A stretch of DNA of 64,000 nt from a virus (lineage: Duplodnaviria; Heunggongvirae; Uroviricota; Caudoviricetes), in IMG/VR virus record IMGVR_UViG_3300037419_003079; one strand, given 5' to 3'. Both the position numbers and the translations under genes were made by a program. The notes beneath the pieces are model-generated. The model saw only the letters and a list, made by a program, of their open reading frames with translations, did not search any database and was not told where the DNA came from. Below, one piece after another: positions 44,701 through 54,700 of the stretch (position 1 is the first letter of the stretch; each line of letters starts with the position of its first letter).

Positions 44701-47700
44701 AAAAGCTATCAAAAGAGTCATGGGCTAACTGCTGACGGTATTGTAGGTTCTAAAACTTGGAGTTCATTAGGTATAGGTGGAGGTTCATCTTCTTCAAGTA
44801 CATCAGGTGTTGGAAAAGGTGGAATGGCAGTACTTAATAGTCTAGTTAATAAATCTGCTTCTCAAGGAGGTCTAGGATATTCTTGGGGTGGAGGTCATGA
44901 TAAAGGAGATTGGGATTCATTTATCAAAAAAGCTAAAGCTGACTGCTCAGGACTTGTTCAACATTTCTATAGAGAATTTGCAGGAGTAGAATTAGGAACT
45001 GGTTCGTCTAATAGCATGTGGCAAAATAGCCAAGGTAAAAGGATTACAAATAAAGCAGACCTACAAGTTGGTGATGTAGTCTATTTTGGTAGTGGAGGCA
45101 AAGTAACTCACACTGGTATCTATGCAGGAAACGGTCAATACATTGGTATGAACAGTGGAGGTCCTAATAAGAGTGGAGCACCACTTAAAAAGGACGCATT
45201 ACGAAGCGACTTTGTTGGAGGCAAAAGATATGACGGTGCTAATGCTAGATTAACATCAGGAGGCAGTGTTGCAGGTGCTCTAGGTGCAGATGTGCCAACA
45301 GTAGCACAGATGATTAAAACTGCTTTTGGAATGTTTAAAGAGGCAATCGAGGCTGAAATGGCTATAAACAATGTTGCAACAATTAAAGAGTCATACAATA
45401 AAGACAAGACATTGGGTTATGGTCATGGTAATATCCGTGATGTACTAGGTACAACTGGTAGATTAGGTGCTTATGATAGAAACTATCAAGCTAGAGAAGA
45501 AATCTATGACGCTAAGTACGGTAATGTAGAGCAAATGAAAGCACTTTCTAAAACTCGTGCTCAATATGTTAAGGACGCTAATAGTGCATTGAAGGCAGGT
45601 AAAACTGACGAATATAATGCGAATAAAGAGGCTGTATCTTCTATTGACAAACTTATTGCTACTTTAAAAGAAAACAATAAGAAATTAGACGAGTGGGATA
45701 AAGAGTTAGTAAAAGCACTTCAAGGAGACCCTAGATATAATGCTAGTAATGCAGGTTACTACATAAAAGGTGGGTACAATAAGTTAGCTACTATGCAAGA
45801 CGGAACTACTGATTACTATCGTACAGTTGAAGAACTTAATGGTATGAATAATCAGTACATGACGACTAAGAAACGATTATCAGTAATGGGTGAATTTTGG
45901 AATACAACAGGTCTTGAAACTGGTCACTACAATGCAGTAAAGAGAAAGTCAGACCAAGAGGACATCAATGTTGCGTTTGTTAAACTGAAAGAAATTCAAA
46001 AGGTTTTAAATTCATTCGCTCAAGGAACTCAGAATTGGTACTCTACTCTTGAAGATGTAGTTGCAGTATATCAAGAACTTCGTGAACTTGATGAAAAGAG
46101 ACTTGAAAATGCTAAGGCATACTTTGAGATGACTGGTCAAGGTGCTCAAACATATATTAATCAACAAGCATACCTGAATAGCAAAAGTTACTCTGAAAAC
46201 AGAAGAAACCTTAATGTTGCTAAACAAACCCTTACTAATGACAAACTGAAAAGAGCGTCAGGTGCTAAAGGTATGGACGAAAATCAACAACTGGCTACAC
46301 TACAAATTATAGCAGGTTTGCAAGACGCTTTAATTAGTCAAATGAATGAGTATCGTCAAGCTGTTATTGGTGCTTTTAAAGCAGGTGCTATGTCTATTCA
46401 AGAGTACATAGATAGAATGTCTGACCTTCGTGATGTGCAAAATGAACAGAAAGAAAATGCTCTTAAAATGATTGATTCTATCTCTCAAGGTTTTGAGCAA
46501 TCCCTGTCAAATGCACTAGCAAGTGGATTCATGGGCAACATGGATTCTACTCAAGGTTTCATAGATGGTATCAAGCAGACATTAGCAACAACTATAGCTT
46601 CTCAACTATCAGCTACGCTACTTAATAACACTGGTCTACAGAAAGTTATTAATGACTTAATCACTTCGGTAACTACTGCGGCTACAACTGGAAACCCTGA
46701 TGATATTGCTAATATGTTTAACAATAACAACTTCGGAGACCAAATTAATAACGCACTAGCACCGTTCCTACCTTTAATCGAACAAATTGTTGCCTCAACA
46801 GATGGTATATTCTCTATCATGAAAGACCAACTGTTTAATGCACCACAAGGATTCAAAATTGACCAATACTTATATGACCAAGCTAAAGGTAAGAGTTTTG
46901 AAGGTGTTAAGAACTGGCAACAAAATGGTGAAACTAATGAGGCAGGTTCTCCTATTGGAGGAGTTGGAAGTAATACTCCTATAGTTACACCACCGGGAAC
47001 AACACCGGGAGGAGTTCCGGGAGGTACATCTAAACCACCAACAGGGACACCGGGTTCAACTGGTGGAACACCTAACACTGGTAAGGGTGGAGCAGGAGCA
47101 CCTGATAGTGGAAGTGCTGTTAAGAATCCTACAACTGACAACTCTAAGGTTAATACACCTCCTAAATCTTCGGGTGGCAAAGGTTCATCAGGCTCAGGTC
47201 ATAATCATGGGACTGTTAACAAAGGAGATAGAGGTGAGGCTGTTAAGGAAATCCAAAGGGCTGTAGGAGTTAAGGCAGACGGTATCTTTGGTTCTGATAC
47301 TGAAAGAGCTGTTAAGGCTTACCAAAAGAAACACGGACTTAAAGCAGATGGTGTAGTTGGTAAGGACACTTGGGCTGTTATTCATAAGGGTAACGGTGGA
47401 AGTAGTTCGGGTAGCAAAGGTAATTCTAATTCAGGTAGCAAAGGAACTACTAAGACTACTAAGCAAGCACTTAATTTCCGTAGTAGTCCGGGAGGAAAGG
47501 TAATGAGTGTATTACCTAAAGGTGCTAAGGTAAATTACCTAGGAATGGAAAAAGGTTGGGCGAAAGTAAGCTACAAAGGTAAGACAGGTTATGTTGGTAA
47601 AGATTATATTTATCATACTGGTGGTATCGCAGGAATGATGAATTTTGCTAATGGTCAACAACTTAAAGCGAATGAGATTCAAGCTATTATGCAAAAAGGT

Positions 47701-47937
47701 GAGATAGCATTACAACCTAAGCAATTAGCAACTTTACTTGGTAACACAGTACCTAAAGCAACTGCTGAGGGCAACGGTGCAGGAATCAATATCAATGTCA
47801 ATGTAACTGTTGAAGGTGGAGATTATGACCAAAAAGGAATCGAAAAAGTTGTCGAAACATCTGTTGAAAAAGCTATGACTGAGTTCAAGCGTCAACAAAG
47901 ATTAGGTAACTTATCATGGAAAGGAACTTCCTACTAA
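38731..47937 (+). CDS. tape measure protein with lytic transglycosylase, 2x PG-binding, NlpC/P60 and SH3b domains
   Basis: Start refined to the ATG at 38731 (AAGGAGG RBS); 3,068 aa. SLT-like GIDPMFLASIAVQETGG. PG_binding_1 twice (KELQKALGVNADGIFGSATEKAVKSYQ and VKEIQRAVGVKADGIFGSDTERAVKAYQ). NlpC/P60 Cys-His (ADCSGLVQHF ... VTHTGIYAG). C-terminal SH3b-like domain. Confidence 0.9.
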   Translation: MAGKDFKYIINTELKLNTGSLKKLLEDVKDVDTSIRNHFNKTGKGGIKLPISIDKGASLNNLQSEVKAVITNFNRSQAPKIKIKMELDNKSAEALKQQVDNVKHHLNNINNSKENVNIKTSLKVDKGEKEKVQKQVGDIKATMTVGLKIDQNDLRVVKGQIESLRQEVVNTSRTRTTRNGEVVGSFRDHVNDRTASVGSRSTADKDLLNAKAQAQAEKDMASARRQNAQAQKTELQVEQAITKEKEKQAKLDRENTNLFKMRDQSTRRLTKAQDTLTQLESKANGSNWRTLSTNDQKALSGQLDTYRKKVEKFQRERDKIDNAILNQLPNNYYNRKPLVDPMNATRGRVVMNTNSNVQAQIQSQIKAQRLAEQQAQKEIERAHKQADALNRKYDQDRARQQQQARRDAEWNGAVHRYGGNRQKTILDDEMVLRNPDASKNDKLEALERLKQNAGGLAREMNQNLTRSFEVFNRNADGTISRTRTAQYEFTRFGDAVDRSNKFMSTLRNTMQYAGITTAFMAMGQGIQIAVQSMIDFEAQMSRIQLLTTDLRDGGLNQAYSGFGYSKNNIKHNTRRDVSNLSQKYGMSATDTVMPVYQQVMARSELIKGNGDKPSPVLANKITDQILKYSAITLGPNAGADDVNRISQDMLSLYQGLYKGKGQQHVYDMDRFVDFMTLMNGSGVNTNNIMDAMSEVAPDAIKKGIDPRRVAGMLGAYNLSDSDSSGSNMTTVAKTFFGGLARYKDSESIQSGLKTLGIDTTQNYSQEELLDLVVKNYKGLSDTQKESVSRDLSSVNGKGISQAPKIQKFLDASGSEYAETFKKNMTSTGLADNALDTYLKTAKVQFGQLKQELTETVELLAELGALDGLKALLGGFKVAVQTVNGFLDIIVRLGDASEKIFGFNIPKYVTQILALAGAFKLVTATMKKFQLGTGLLQGGSSLIGALTQGEMITRASFNGRTQRKVNVEVPHTGKGSGVGNVIGQAVGWVLMGGNPFKRGANVAKAGEVGGNVATNLFSKLGTSLKGLLPILGRFAGILLRLSAIGAVIGTAVWVGKKLWDMNQKHEANVRKGEFKNFNKVYGGGEEDKEKLAKDLNTWKDWNDKNKTVIVSRNGSFHGNPMPSSEPPKKNKMPKEIEKLQKQFSEMGITYSTVAGLNGNNTSTIAYNAEGKDGKIYKQHFNADDKGGWKDMIDTLGAKGLDKDAQIAEKWKIANNEAIKYQTELGIINDLTEKFNRTMNRLGYDMSKIDFNFMGAENSSSASIAKINLINGAMSDLSGTITELTDKGNHFKEQAGIYDTKITGQRNKIIKGGLMSKAEMDDLDQTYKLAYDSGNADTITNQYEVTDKTRDKLKKAGMSKKDIEKELAKRYAVSEYLSYKQSNAGFVDADKETEAQILQTNMAILERQQALKQLTAQLLVSQSQIDVFNAKISAIQFGTGKAKTLLDLSNTDEEKIKRSGDLLKSQSTELSAYRAQLNSVYAQMSRIKAQNGGQDFSIDTLYNPGENGLSAEQNAYKQLLEQQYSIHDNINSTTVAMKEQADQVKEMVLNSDKYADVWERVQNRIQLVKDLNNEIASIKTDLSLVNNFSNIRSAVTGGSYIQDRNSRLEGIRDRGLDGYEKIMTSLKTYAGDEQKLVEAYDEINKSMGGEFDNAFIQPLKDLIQNDFTKAGNLISDGAGKLDQVLTYWANNITSGLLTQQSQNFQSDLAGTTGTGGSVIPGFTGGINTKNATDAEKLDAYITQQFGYKKGTREFNSMKKQMQASMTPAEIKKEVNRGTISVGNNKAVADYTEKINSYFSKTGRTKLQGTGNMFVQAGAKYGIDPMFLASIAVQETGGKSGVINGAYNVGNIKGTGKANAEWNGTKWVNPGDGLTYRKYGSLQLGINDLARLLKDVYISQGYDTIPKINSKYAEDPNWKYGVASIYSSMSGTSKESLLGGTTMSALGGGGGTSVSSSYGTIRKGSKGASVKELQKALGVNADGIFGSATEKAVKSYQKSHGLTADGIVGSKTWSSLGIGGGSSSSSTSGVGKGGMAVLNSLVNKSASQGGLGYSWGGGHDKGDWDSFIKKAKADCSGLVQHFYREFAGVELGTGSSNSMWQNSQGKRITNKADLQVGDVVYFGSGGKVTHTGIYAGNGQYIGMNSGGPNKSGAPLKKDALRSDFVGGKRYDGANARLTSGGSVAGALGADVPTVAQMIKTAFGMFKEAIEAEMAINNVATIKESYNKDKTLGYGHGNIRDVLGTTGRLGAYDRNYQAREEIYDAKYGNVEQMKALSKTRAQYVKDANSALKAGKTDEYNANKEAVSSIDKLIATLKENNKKLDEWDKELVKALQGDPRYNASNAGYYIKGGYNKLATMQDGTTDYYRTVEELNGMNNQYMTTKKRLSVMGEFWNTTGLETGHYNAVKRKSDQEDINVAFVKLKEIQKVLNSFAQGTQNWYSTLEDVVAVYQELRELDEKRLENAKAYFEMTGQGAQTYINQQAYLNSKSYSENRRNLNVAKQTLTNDKLKRASGAKGMDENQQLATLQIIAGLQDALISQMNEYRQAVIGAFKAGAMSIQEYIDRMSDLRDVQNEQKENALKMIDSISQGFEQSLSNALASGFMGNMDSTQGFIDGIKQTLATTIASQLSATLLNNTGLQKVINDLITSVTTAATTGNPDDIANMFNNNNFGDQINNALAPFLPLIEQIVASTDGIFSIMKDQLFNAPQGFKIDQYLYDQAKGKSFEGVKNWQQNGETNEAGSPIGGVGSNTPIVTPPGTTPGGVPGGTSKPPTGTPGSTGGTPNTGKGGAGAPDSGSAVKNPTTDNSKVNTPPKSSGGKGSSGSGHNHGTVNKGDRGEAVKEIQRAVGVKADGIFGSDTERAVKAYQKKHGLKADGVVGKDTWAVIHKGNGGSSSGSKGNSNSGSKGTTKTTKQALNFRSSPGGKVMSVLPKGAKVNYLGMEKGWAKVSYKGKTGYVGKDYIYHTGGIAGMMNFANGQQLKANEIQAIMQKGEIALQPKQLATLLGNTVPKATAEGNGAGININVNVTVEGGDYDQKGIEKVVETSVEKAMTEFKRQQRLGNLSWKGTSY

Positions 47938-47985
47938 GGTAGGGGGTTCTCCCTAACGTATAAATAAAAAGAAAGGGTGTAAAAA

Positions 47986-48999
47986 ATGTCTCAAAGATGG
48001 AAACTAGGGAATTATCAATTTACTGTAAATCCAAATAGATACGGAGAAAGCGTAGAGGTAGTTGGAGACACTGTTAAAACATTAGACGGAACGGTAATAA
48101 GTCAACCAACTGAATTAGATGAAAGTTATGAAATAACATCTGTGTTTTTTCAGAGTAGACCTAGAATTGTAGCAGAATTATCCTTTCCAAAATCGCAAGG
48201 ACTAAAGTTTGTTAATGGAAATTACTACTTGCTAGATAATACAACTAAGAAAGTAAATAAATACAATAAGAATATGTCTTTGTTAAGTACAACAAACATA
48301 ATCGACACTCCAAATGGAGAGAACCTTATAGCTTTAGATGTTGAGTCAGATGGAACTATTTGGGCAGTTCAAGAAAGTGTATCTCCAAGTAAGATTCACA
48401 AAGTAGTTAATACTACAAAAACTATCTACAGTATGCCAGTTCAAGTTCAGGGAACTGTTGAGGGAATATGTGTTGATAGTAGCTTTATTTATATCGTAAC
48501 AGATTTAAGGAAGTTGTACAAAATTAGTAAATCAAACATGACAAGCGTATCATCAGTAAGTCTTCCATTTATATCTTACAATAATTTAGGCTATCAAGGT
48601 ATGTCTATTATAAAAGGATACTTGGTAATGTCATTTAACGATGGAGAACAGTCAGGTGCATATCATATGGATATAAATGATGGTAGGGTAGTTAGTAGAT
48701 TCTCAATACCAAATACAACTTACACAGAGTTAATAGACGTTACTCATGACGGAACTAACTTTGTATTTTTATGTAATGGTGGAACTAATGTTAAATATTC
48801 AAACGGAAACACACTTCTTGTAGATATTTATGAATTAGAAAATCAGATTCAGAATTATGGGTATTTAAATTTAGTAGATGACATGGGTGTATCTAGAAGG
48901 GTTACAGTTACAAACTATGGCTTTGAGAGAGAAGATAATAGTCTAACAAAATACCAAGTTAATCTAAGCATTAAAAAAGTAGGTAGGGGTGTTAATTAA
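47986..48999 (+). CDS. distal tail protein (Dit-like, putative)
   Basis: 337 aa. First gene after the TMP. Confidence 0.5.
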   Translation: MSQRWKLGNYQFTVNPNRYGESVEVVGDTVKTLDGTVISQPTELDESYEITSVFFQSRPRIVAELSFPKSQGLKFVNGNYYLLDNTTKKVNKYNKNMSLLSTTNIIDTPNGENLIALDVESDGTIWAVQESVSPSKIHKVVNTTKTIYSMPVQVQGTVEGICVDSSFIYIVTDLRKLYKISKSNMTSVSSVSLPFISYNNLGYQGMSIIKGYLVMSFNDGEQSGAYHMDINDGRVVSRFSIPNTTYTELIDVTHDGTNFVFLCNGGTNVKYSNGNTLLVDIYELENQIQNYGYLNLVDDMGVSRRVTVTNYGFEREDNSLTKYQVNLSIKKVGRGVN

Positions 49000-50081
49000 T
49001 GAGATGGAAAATAGGTACTTATGAAGTAAAGTATAACCCAAAATCAAATTCAAAAAGTTGGGGAGCAGAACAAGACATAATAACAAATGTCAATGGAAAT
49101 TCATCTAACCCAAACTTAGTTTTTAACGGTACTCAAAACTTCACTATTGATATTTACGAAAAAGCTACATATCTTAGTAGGACACCTATATTGACAGGTA
49201 GCTATGTATCTATTACTGAGGAAAGAATTACAGAGAGAATATTCATGTTGAAAAACAATGGTACTTTTGATGTAAAAGGAAAAGATGGTGCAAACTACGG
49301 AAATTTTACAATAACTAAGGGAACTATAACTGCCCTACCATCTACATTTCCTATATCAATGATTCACATTGATACTGAAATTGCTTTTCTATATCAAGAA
49401 TCAGGTCAGACATCTATAGTTATAACTGACAAAAATGGGGTAGGAAATCGTAAATATATATATACAAGTGCTTCAAGTGGAGACATGAGCACATTAGTAT
49501 CGTTATCTTGGGCTTACAATAGCATTATATATGCTGTAAATCCGTATGGCAGAGTATACACACTAAATACAGCAAGTGGAATATACTCATTTGCTTGTGA
49601 ATTTGAAGATTTTTCCACAAACAAATCAGGTGCAATTAAAAAATATAAATCTTCAATAGTAATTGAAAAACAAGGAAACTTGTATCTTGGGATTATGACA
49701 AATAATAAAAACATATTGTTCCTAGATGGAAACTTTAACATTATTTGTCAATGTGAAACAAACATGAATAATATAATCGACATATCCTACAGTAACTACA
49801 GTGAGCAATATTATGTTCTAATAGGGACTTCCATAATAGAGATGTTTCCTAATACTTGCAGGATAGATGTTGAGATAATAAAAAGCATAGTTTCAAATGG
49901 CAGAGTTACTATAACAGATGAAAATGGAGTGACTTCTGTTTTAGCTATAAAAGGATTAAATATTGCAAGAAATAAGAACATGCAAGAAGCCAAGTACGAA
50001 ATATCTTTCAATGCAGACATAATGTATACAAATCAGATGTTCGATAGTAAGTGGAAAACATTGAGTAGAATACCATTTTAG
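48999..50081 (+). CDS. tail/baseplate protein
   Basis: 360 aa. ATGA overlap with the previous gene. Confidence 0.45.
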   Translation: MRWKIGTYEVKYNPKSNSKSWGAEQDIITNVNGNSSNPNLVFNGTQNFTIDIYEKATYLSRTPILTGSYVSITEERITERIFMLKNNGTFDVKGKDGANYGNFTITKGTITALPSTFPISMIHIDTEIAFLYQESGQTSIVITDKNGVGNRKYIYTSASSGDMSTLVSLSWAYNSIIYAVNPYGRVYTLNTASGIYSFACEFEDFSTNKSGAIKKYKSSIVIEKQGNLYLGIMTNNKNILFLDGNFNIICQCETNMNNIIDISYSNYSEQYYVLIGTSIIEMFPNTCRIDVEIIKSIVSNGRVTITDENGVTSVLAIKGLNIARNKNMQEAKYEISFNADIMYTNQMFDSKWKTLSRIPF

Positions 50082-50094
50082 GAGGTGATGAACA

Positions 50095-51738
50095 ATGCTT
50101 ACTGCTAGTTCTTTTTATAAAAACATAATTGACTCAGGTACTAATAGGGTATTTGATATAAAAGTAACAATCACTAGAAATGATACAGGAGCACAACCAC
50201 TAGACATATCTGACAGGGTTGTGTCTTATTCAACTCAACAAGATTTCGAGAGTAGAAACGGTAGATTAAATTTAGAACTAGATAACTATGACTATCAACT
50301 GTCTCCTTTAAACAGAATCAGTTCATTTAATCTTGACGCAGGAGTGTATGACCCATTGTTAGATTCTAATCACAAAGTAGAACTGTACGAGGGACTACTT
50401 GTTAATGGTAGCTTTGAATACATTAAAAAGTTTGTTGGGTATATAGGTGACGAAATAAGCGTAAGTTCATCTCCAACAATACAATTATCTTGTCGTGATA
50501 AATCTAAGCTAATGCAAGATATATACATATATCAAGGTCCTAGTTACTCACTTATGTTGGTGGAAGATGTAATACAAGACATGATTAACGAATTTATGCC
50601 ATTCAATCAAATGGTGATTTTGCAAGTTCAAGACCCAACTCAGTATATGATTGGAAGACCTGATGGAGCGTACACTGCAAAAGATACAAATCTTTGGGAC
50701 GCTTGCCAGTTGCTCGCAGATTCAGCTAGTCAAGAACTTAGATTCTTAGAAGATGGAACTTTAATAATGAGAAAAGTAGATAGAGATTTTTCTGATAAAA
50801 CTCCTAATCTAAGACTCGATTTATCAAATTTAATATCTGATGACATGTCTATAAGTGACGCTGATGTTCGCAATCATATAGTGGTAAAAGTACAGGGATA
50901 TGACCCTATAACAGCCAAAGATATTGACTCGATAAACAAGTATGGAAGAAGATATATGGAAGTAACGAGAAGTATGTCTGACATAATAACTGATGTTTCT
51001 CAAGCACACGAATTAGCAGAGAACATATTGAGGGATTTAAGATACGCAAATCCAACTGAAAGTGCTGAGTTGCCACTACACCCACTTGTTCAAGTTGGAG
51101 ACATAGTGACTATCACGAATCCTAGATTAGGGACTAATTCAATAAACGATATATTTAAGGTAGTTAGTGTATCAAATAATTACACGAAAGACAACAAAAG
51201 AACTCGTCTTGAATTAATAGGTCATGATAAATTCCTGTCAGACCCACTTGCTCTAACAAACCCACCAACAGGACTTACATATGTAATGCAAAAAAGAACG
51301 ATTCAAAACTATAAAGGCTCAGGTTGGTTTGGATATGAGAAAGAACAATATTTTCCTATGTTAAAATGGACACCGCCAACAAAAGATGTTAACAATGTTG
51401 CACTGCCTCCTAACTTCGGAGGATACATAATAGAGAGAGCAACGCTGATAGACTTATTAGGTAAAAATCTAACGGGAACATATAGGTGGACTACTATAGC
51501 CTCTATACCTTCATACATAGGAGCACTAGATAAAAAAATAGACTATTTCTATGACTATTCAGTTTCATCAGTTATTGATAAATACATAAAATTAGGTGCT
51601 ACGGGAAATAGCGTAACTGTTAAGTATAGAATATGTGCTGTAAATAGCCAAGGTAAAAAGACAGCAAAAACAGCAGAGATGTCAGTAGTAGTTAGCTATC
51701 CTAAATATAAGGACGCTCAAGGAAATTACTTAAATTAA
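50095..51738 (+). CDS. tail-associated protein (Tal/baseplate hub-like, putative)
   Basis: 547 aa. GGAGGTG RBS. Assigned by position. Confidence 0.45.
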   Translation: MLTASSFYKNIIDSGTNRVFDIKVTITRNDTGAQPLDISDRVVSYSTQQDFESRNGRLNLELDNYDYQLSPLNRISSFNLDAGVYDPLLDSNHKVELYEGLLVNGSFEYIKKFVGYIGDEISVSSSPTIQLSCRDKSKLMQDIYIYQGPSYSLMLVEDVIQDMINEFMPFNQMVILQVQDPTQYMIGRPDGAYTAKDTNLWDACQLLADSASQELRFLEDGTLIMRKVDRDFSDKTPNLRLDLSNLISDDMSISDADVRNHIVVKVQGYDPITAKDIDSINKYGRRYMEVTRSMSDIITDVSQAHELAENILRDLRYANPTESAELPLHPLVQVGDIVTITNPRLGTNSINDIFKVVSVSNNYTKDNKRTRLELIGHDKFLSDPLALTNPPTGLTYVMQKRTIQNYKGSGWFGYEKEQYFPMLKWTPPTKDVNNVALPPNFGGYIIERATLIDLLGKNLTGTYRWTTIASIPSYIGALDKKIDYFYDYSVSSVIDKYIKLGATGNSVTVKYRICAVNSQGKKTAKTAEMSVVVSYPKYKDAQGNYLN

Positions 51739-51754
51739 AGAAAGGAGTTAGCAA

Positions 51755-54700
51755 ATGAGTAAGTTTAACAACAGATACTTAAAATATTCAACAAACACAA
51801 ATGACACCTACGCTGATTACGGTGAAGTAGTAAGTGTAATTAGTGACAAAATAGTTAATCTAGATATGGGTGGAACAGGGTACATTCTAGAGGCTGTTAA
51901 CTGTGATAATTCATATATACCTAAATTAGGTGATTGGGCTACTGTTGAATGGAGAAATGGTCAGCCATTAGCAAAAGGTGGAACTAGCATGTCTACAGGA
52001 CTGCGAGACATCAATGATAATGTTACTATTATTTCTACAAGTGACATAGCTAGTGGTGTAGTCAACTCAGACCACATCAGAACAAATACGATAGAGGCTA
52101 GACACATTACTGCTGAATCTATTCAAGCAAACCACATTTCAGCAAACTCTATTAATGCAAACCACATTACTGCTAACGCTATTACTACTGTTCAGTTGTC
52201 TGCTAATAGTATCACGACTGACAAGATACAAGCAGGTGCGATTCAAGCACAGAATATTCAAGCAGGAGCAATAGGTGCAACGCAAATTAGTGCTAACTCC
52301 ATTAACGCAACGCATATCACAGCAAACGCTATTCAAACTCAACATATTTCAGCAAACGCTATTCAAGCAGGACAAATAAGTGCTAACGCTATCCAAACTC
52401 AACATATCTCGGCAAACACTATTACTGCTAGTCAGATTAAAGTTGACGCTATCAATGCTAGCCATATTTCTGCTAACTCCATAACTTCTAGTGAGATTTC
52501 TGCGAACGCAATCCAATCAGTTCACATTAGTTCTAATGCTATCAATTCAAACCATATTAATGCAGGAACTATTAATTCAGGTCATATTAGTGCAAATGCA
52601 ATTCAATCACAACATATTTCAGCAAACAGTATTGACGCTAGCCATATTAAAGCAGGGGTAATTAATGCTACACTAATCTCTGCTAACGCTGTTCAAGCAC
52701 AACACATTTCAGCAGGAAGTATTACATCTACACATATCAGTGCTAATGCAATACAATCTCAACATATCAGTGCAAACAGTATTCAAACTAATCACATCTC
52801 TGCTAACTCAATAACTGCTAGTAAGATTAGTTCAGATTCAATCTTTGGATACCATATTGTTGCTAATAATATTACTGCAAGTCATATTACTGCAAATGCG
52901 ATTCAAGCACAACATATATCTGCAAATAGTGTTCAATCTGCTCATATTAGTGCAGGCTCTATTAATGCAGGTCATATCGTTTCAAATGCGATTCAATCAA
53001 ATCACATTTCTGCTAATTCAATTCAAGCAAGTCATATAACAGCGAATGCAATCCAAACGCAACACATTTCAGCTAATACGATTGTTGGTAGTCAAATTAA
53101 AGCTGATACGATTAGTGGTAATCATATCACTGCTAACACTATCCAAGGTAAGCATATTCAAGCTGACACAATTAGTGGAAACCACATTACTGCAAATAGT
53201 ATTGATACTAAGCATGTTAAGGCAGGAAGTATTACTGCTACACAAATTTCTGCTAACTCTATTACTTCTAGTCACATCTCTGCTAATAGCGTTCAGTCTC
53301 AGCATATCTCGGCTAACTCAATTCAGTCAAGTCATATCTCAGCTAACTCTATTAATGCAGGTCATATTATCGCTAACTCAATTCAATCTAGTCATATTAG
53401 TGCAAATTCTATTCAATCAGGACACATTTCTGCTAACTCTATTCAGACTCAACATATTAGTGCAAATACAATCACTGGTGGAATGATTAAATCTAATGAG
53501 ATTTCAGGTAATCACATTCAAGCAGGAAGTGTAGACACAGACCATTTGACGGTGGGAAGTAGAAAAGAAGGATTGCTAGGACAATACTTTACATATAACT
53601 CTGCAAGTGGAAATAGTAAATTCCAAGTTTACAAGGGTAGTCAAATAGACCCTACTATTAACTTCTCATGGGGAACAGGTTCTCCTGCTATTGTAGGTCA
53701 GAATGATAGTTTCTCAGTAAGATGGCAAGGATTCATCTATGCACCTGAGACAGGGACTTACTCATTCCATTTAACTGCTGATGATTTAGGAAAAGTAGTT
53801 GTCAATAACACTGTTGTTGTAAATCAACTTTCTTATTCAGGTGGGGTAGAGCAAACAGGGACTATTTCTCTTACACAAGGAAACTGGTATCCTTTCTTAG
53901 CAGAAATGACAGAAGGTACTAGTGGAGCAATGGCAATAGTAAAATGGACAAAACCATCTCTAGTAAAAGAAGTTGTTCCTTCTAAATATTATACACAAGG
54001 TAACACTGTAATTGATGGTCAAACTATTACTACTGGAAGTATTACTGCCTCTGCAATTCAAGCAGGTACAATTACTGCTCAATCAGGTATTCTAGCAAAT
54101 GCAGTTATTCAAACAGCTAATATTGCTGACGGTGCAATTACAAATGCCAAGATTGGTAACGCTGAAATCAAAACTGCTAATATAGCAAGTGGTAATATCA
54201 CTAACGCATTGATTCAAGACGCTACTATCCAATATGCTAAAATAGCAAGTGTAAACGCTGATACAATTACAGTTGGCAAAATAACTGGTACTCAAATTAG
54301 TGGTAGCACTATCGAAGGTCAGAATATCAAAGGTAATACAATATCAGGTAATCACATCGTAGCTAACTCCATTGATTCGCTACATATCAAGGCAGGTGCT
54401 ATTACTACTACAGAACTTTCTGCACAATCTATTACATCAGATAAAATTCAAGCAGGTTCAATTACTGCTGATTCTATTCGAGTTGGTAGTATTAGAGCAG
54501 AACATATTTCTACTGTAGGCTTAGACGCTAACATCGTTTCTGTTTACAATCCAACTACAGGTCAAACATTAATCGGTGGAGGATATTTAAGAGTAGACGG
54601 TTTAGATGTAGGGGTAGTACAATCGGATAACCTAGTTGGTAACGGATTATTCTTAACAGCCTCGTCTGCATTTGGTTCTAAGAGAGATAATCCTTATGGT

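Noticed and set aside
38685-47385. Minus-strand and alternate-frame ORFs across the tape-measure gene (e.g. 46602..47180 Pro/Gly-rich, 45135..45407, 41676..42128).
   Set aside because: They are the reverse translation of the Gly/Thr/Pro-rich TMP segments and have no independent signals.
52070-53550. Regular 30-bp tandem repeats that could superficially suggest a CRISPR-like or satellite array, and the alternative-frame ORFs they generate (52139..52345, 52845..53039, 53046..53486, 53069..53305).
   Set aside because: The repeats are contiguous with no spacers and lie in frame inside a single 2,850-aa ORF encoding decapeptide repeats. The other-frame ORFs are low-complexity artefacts.
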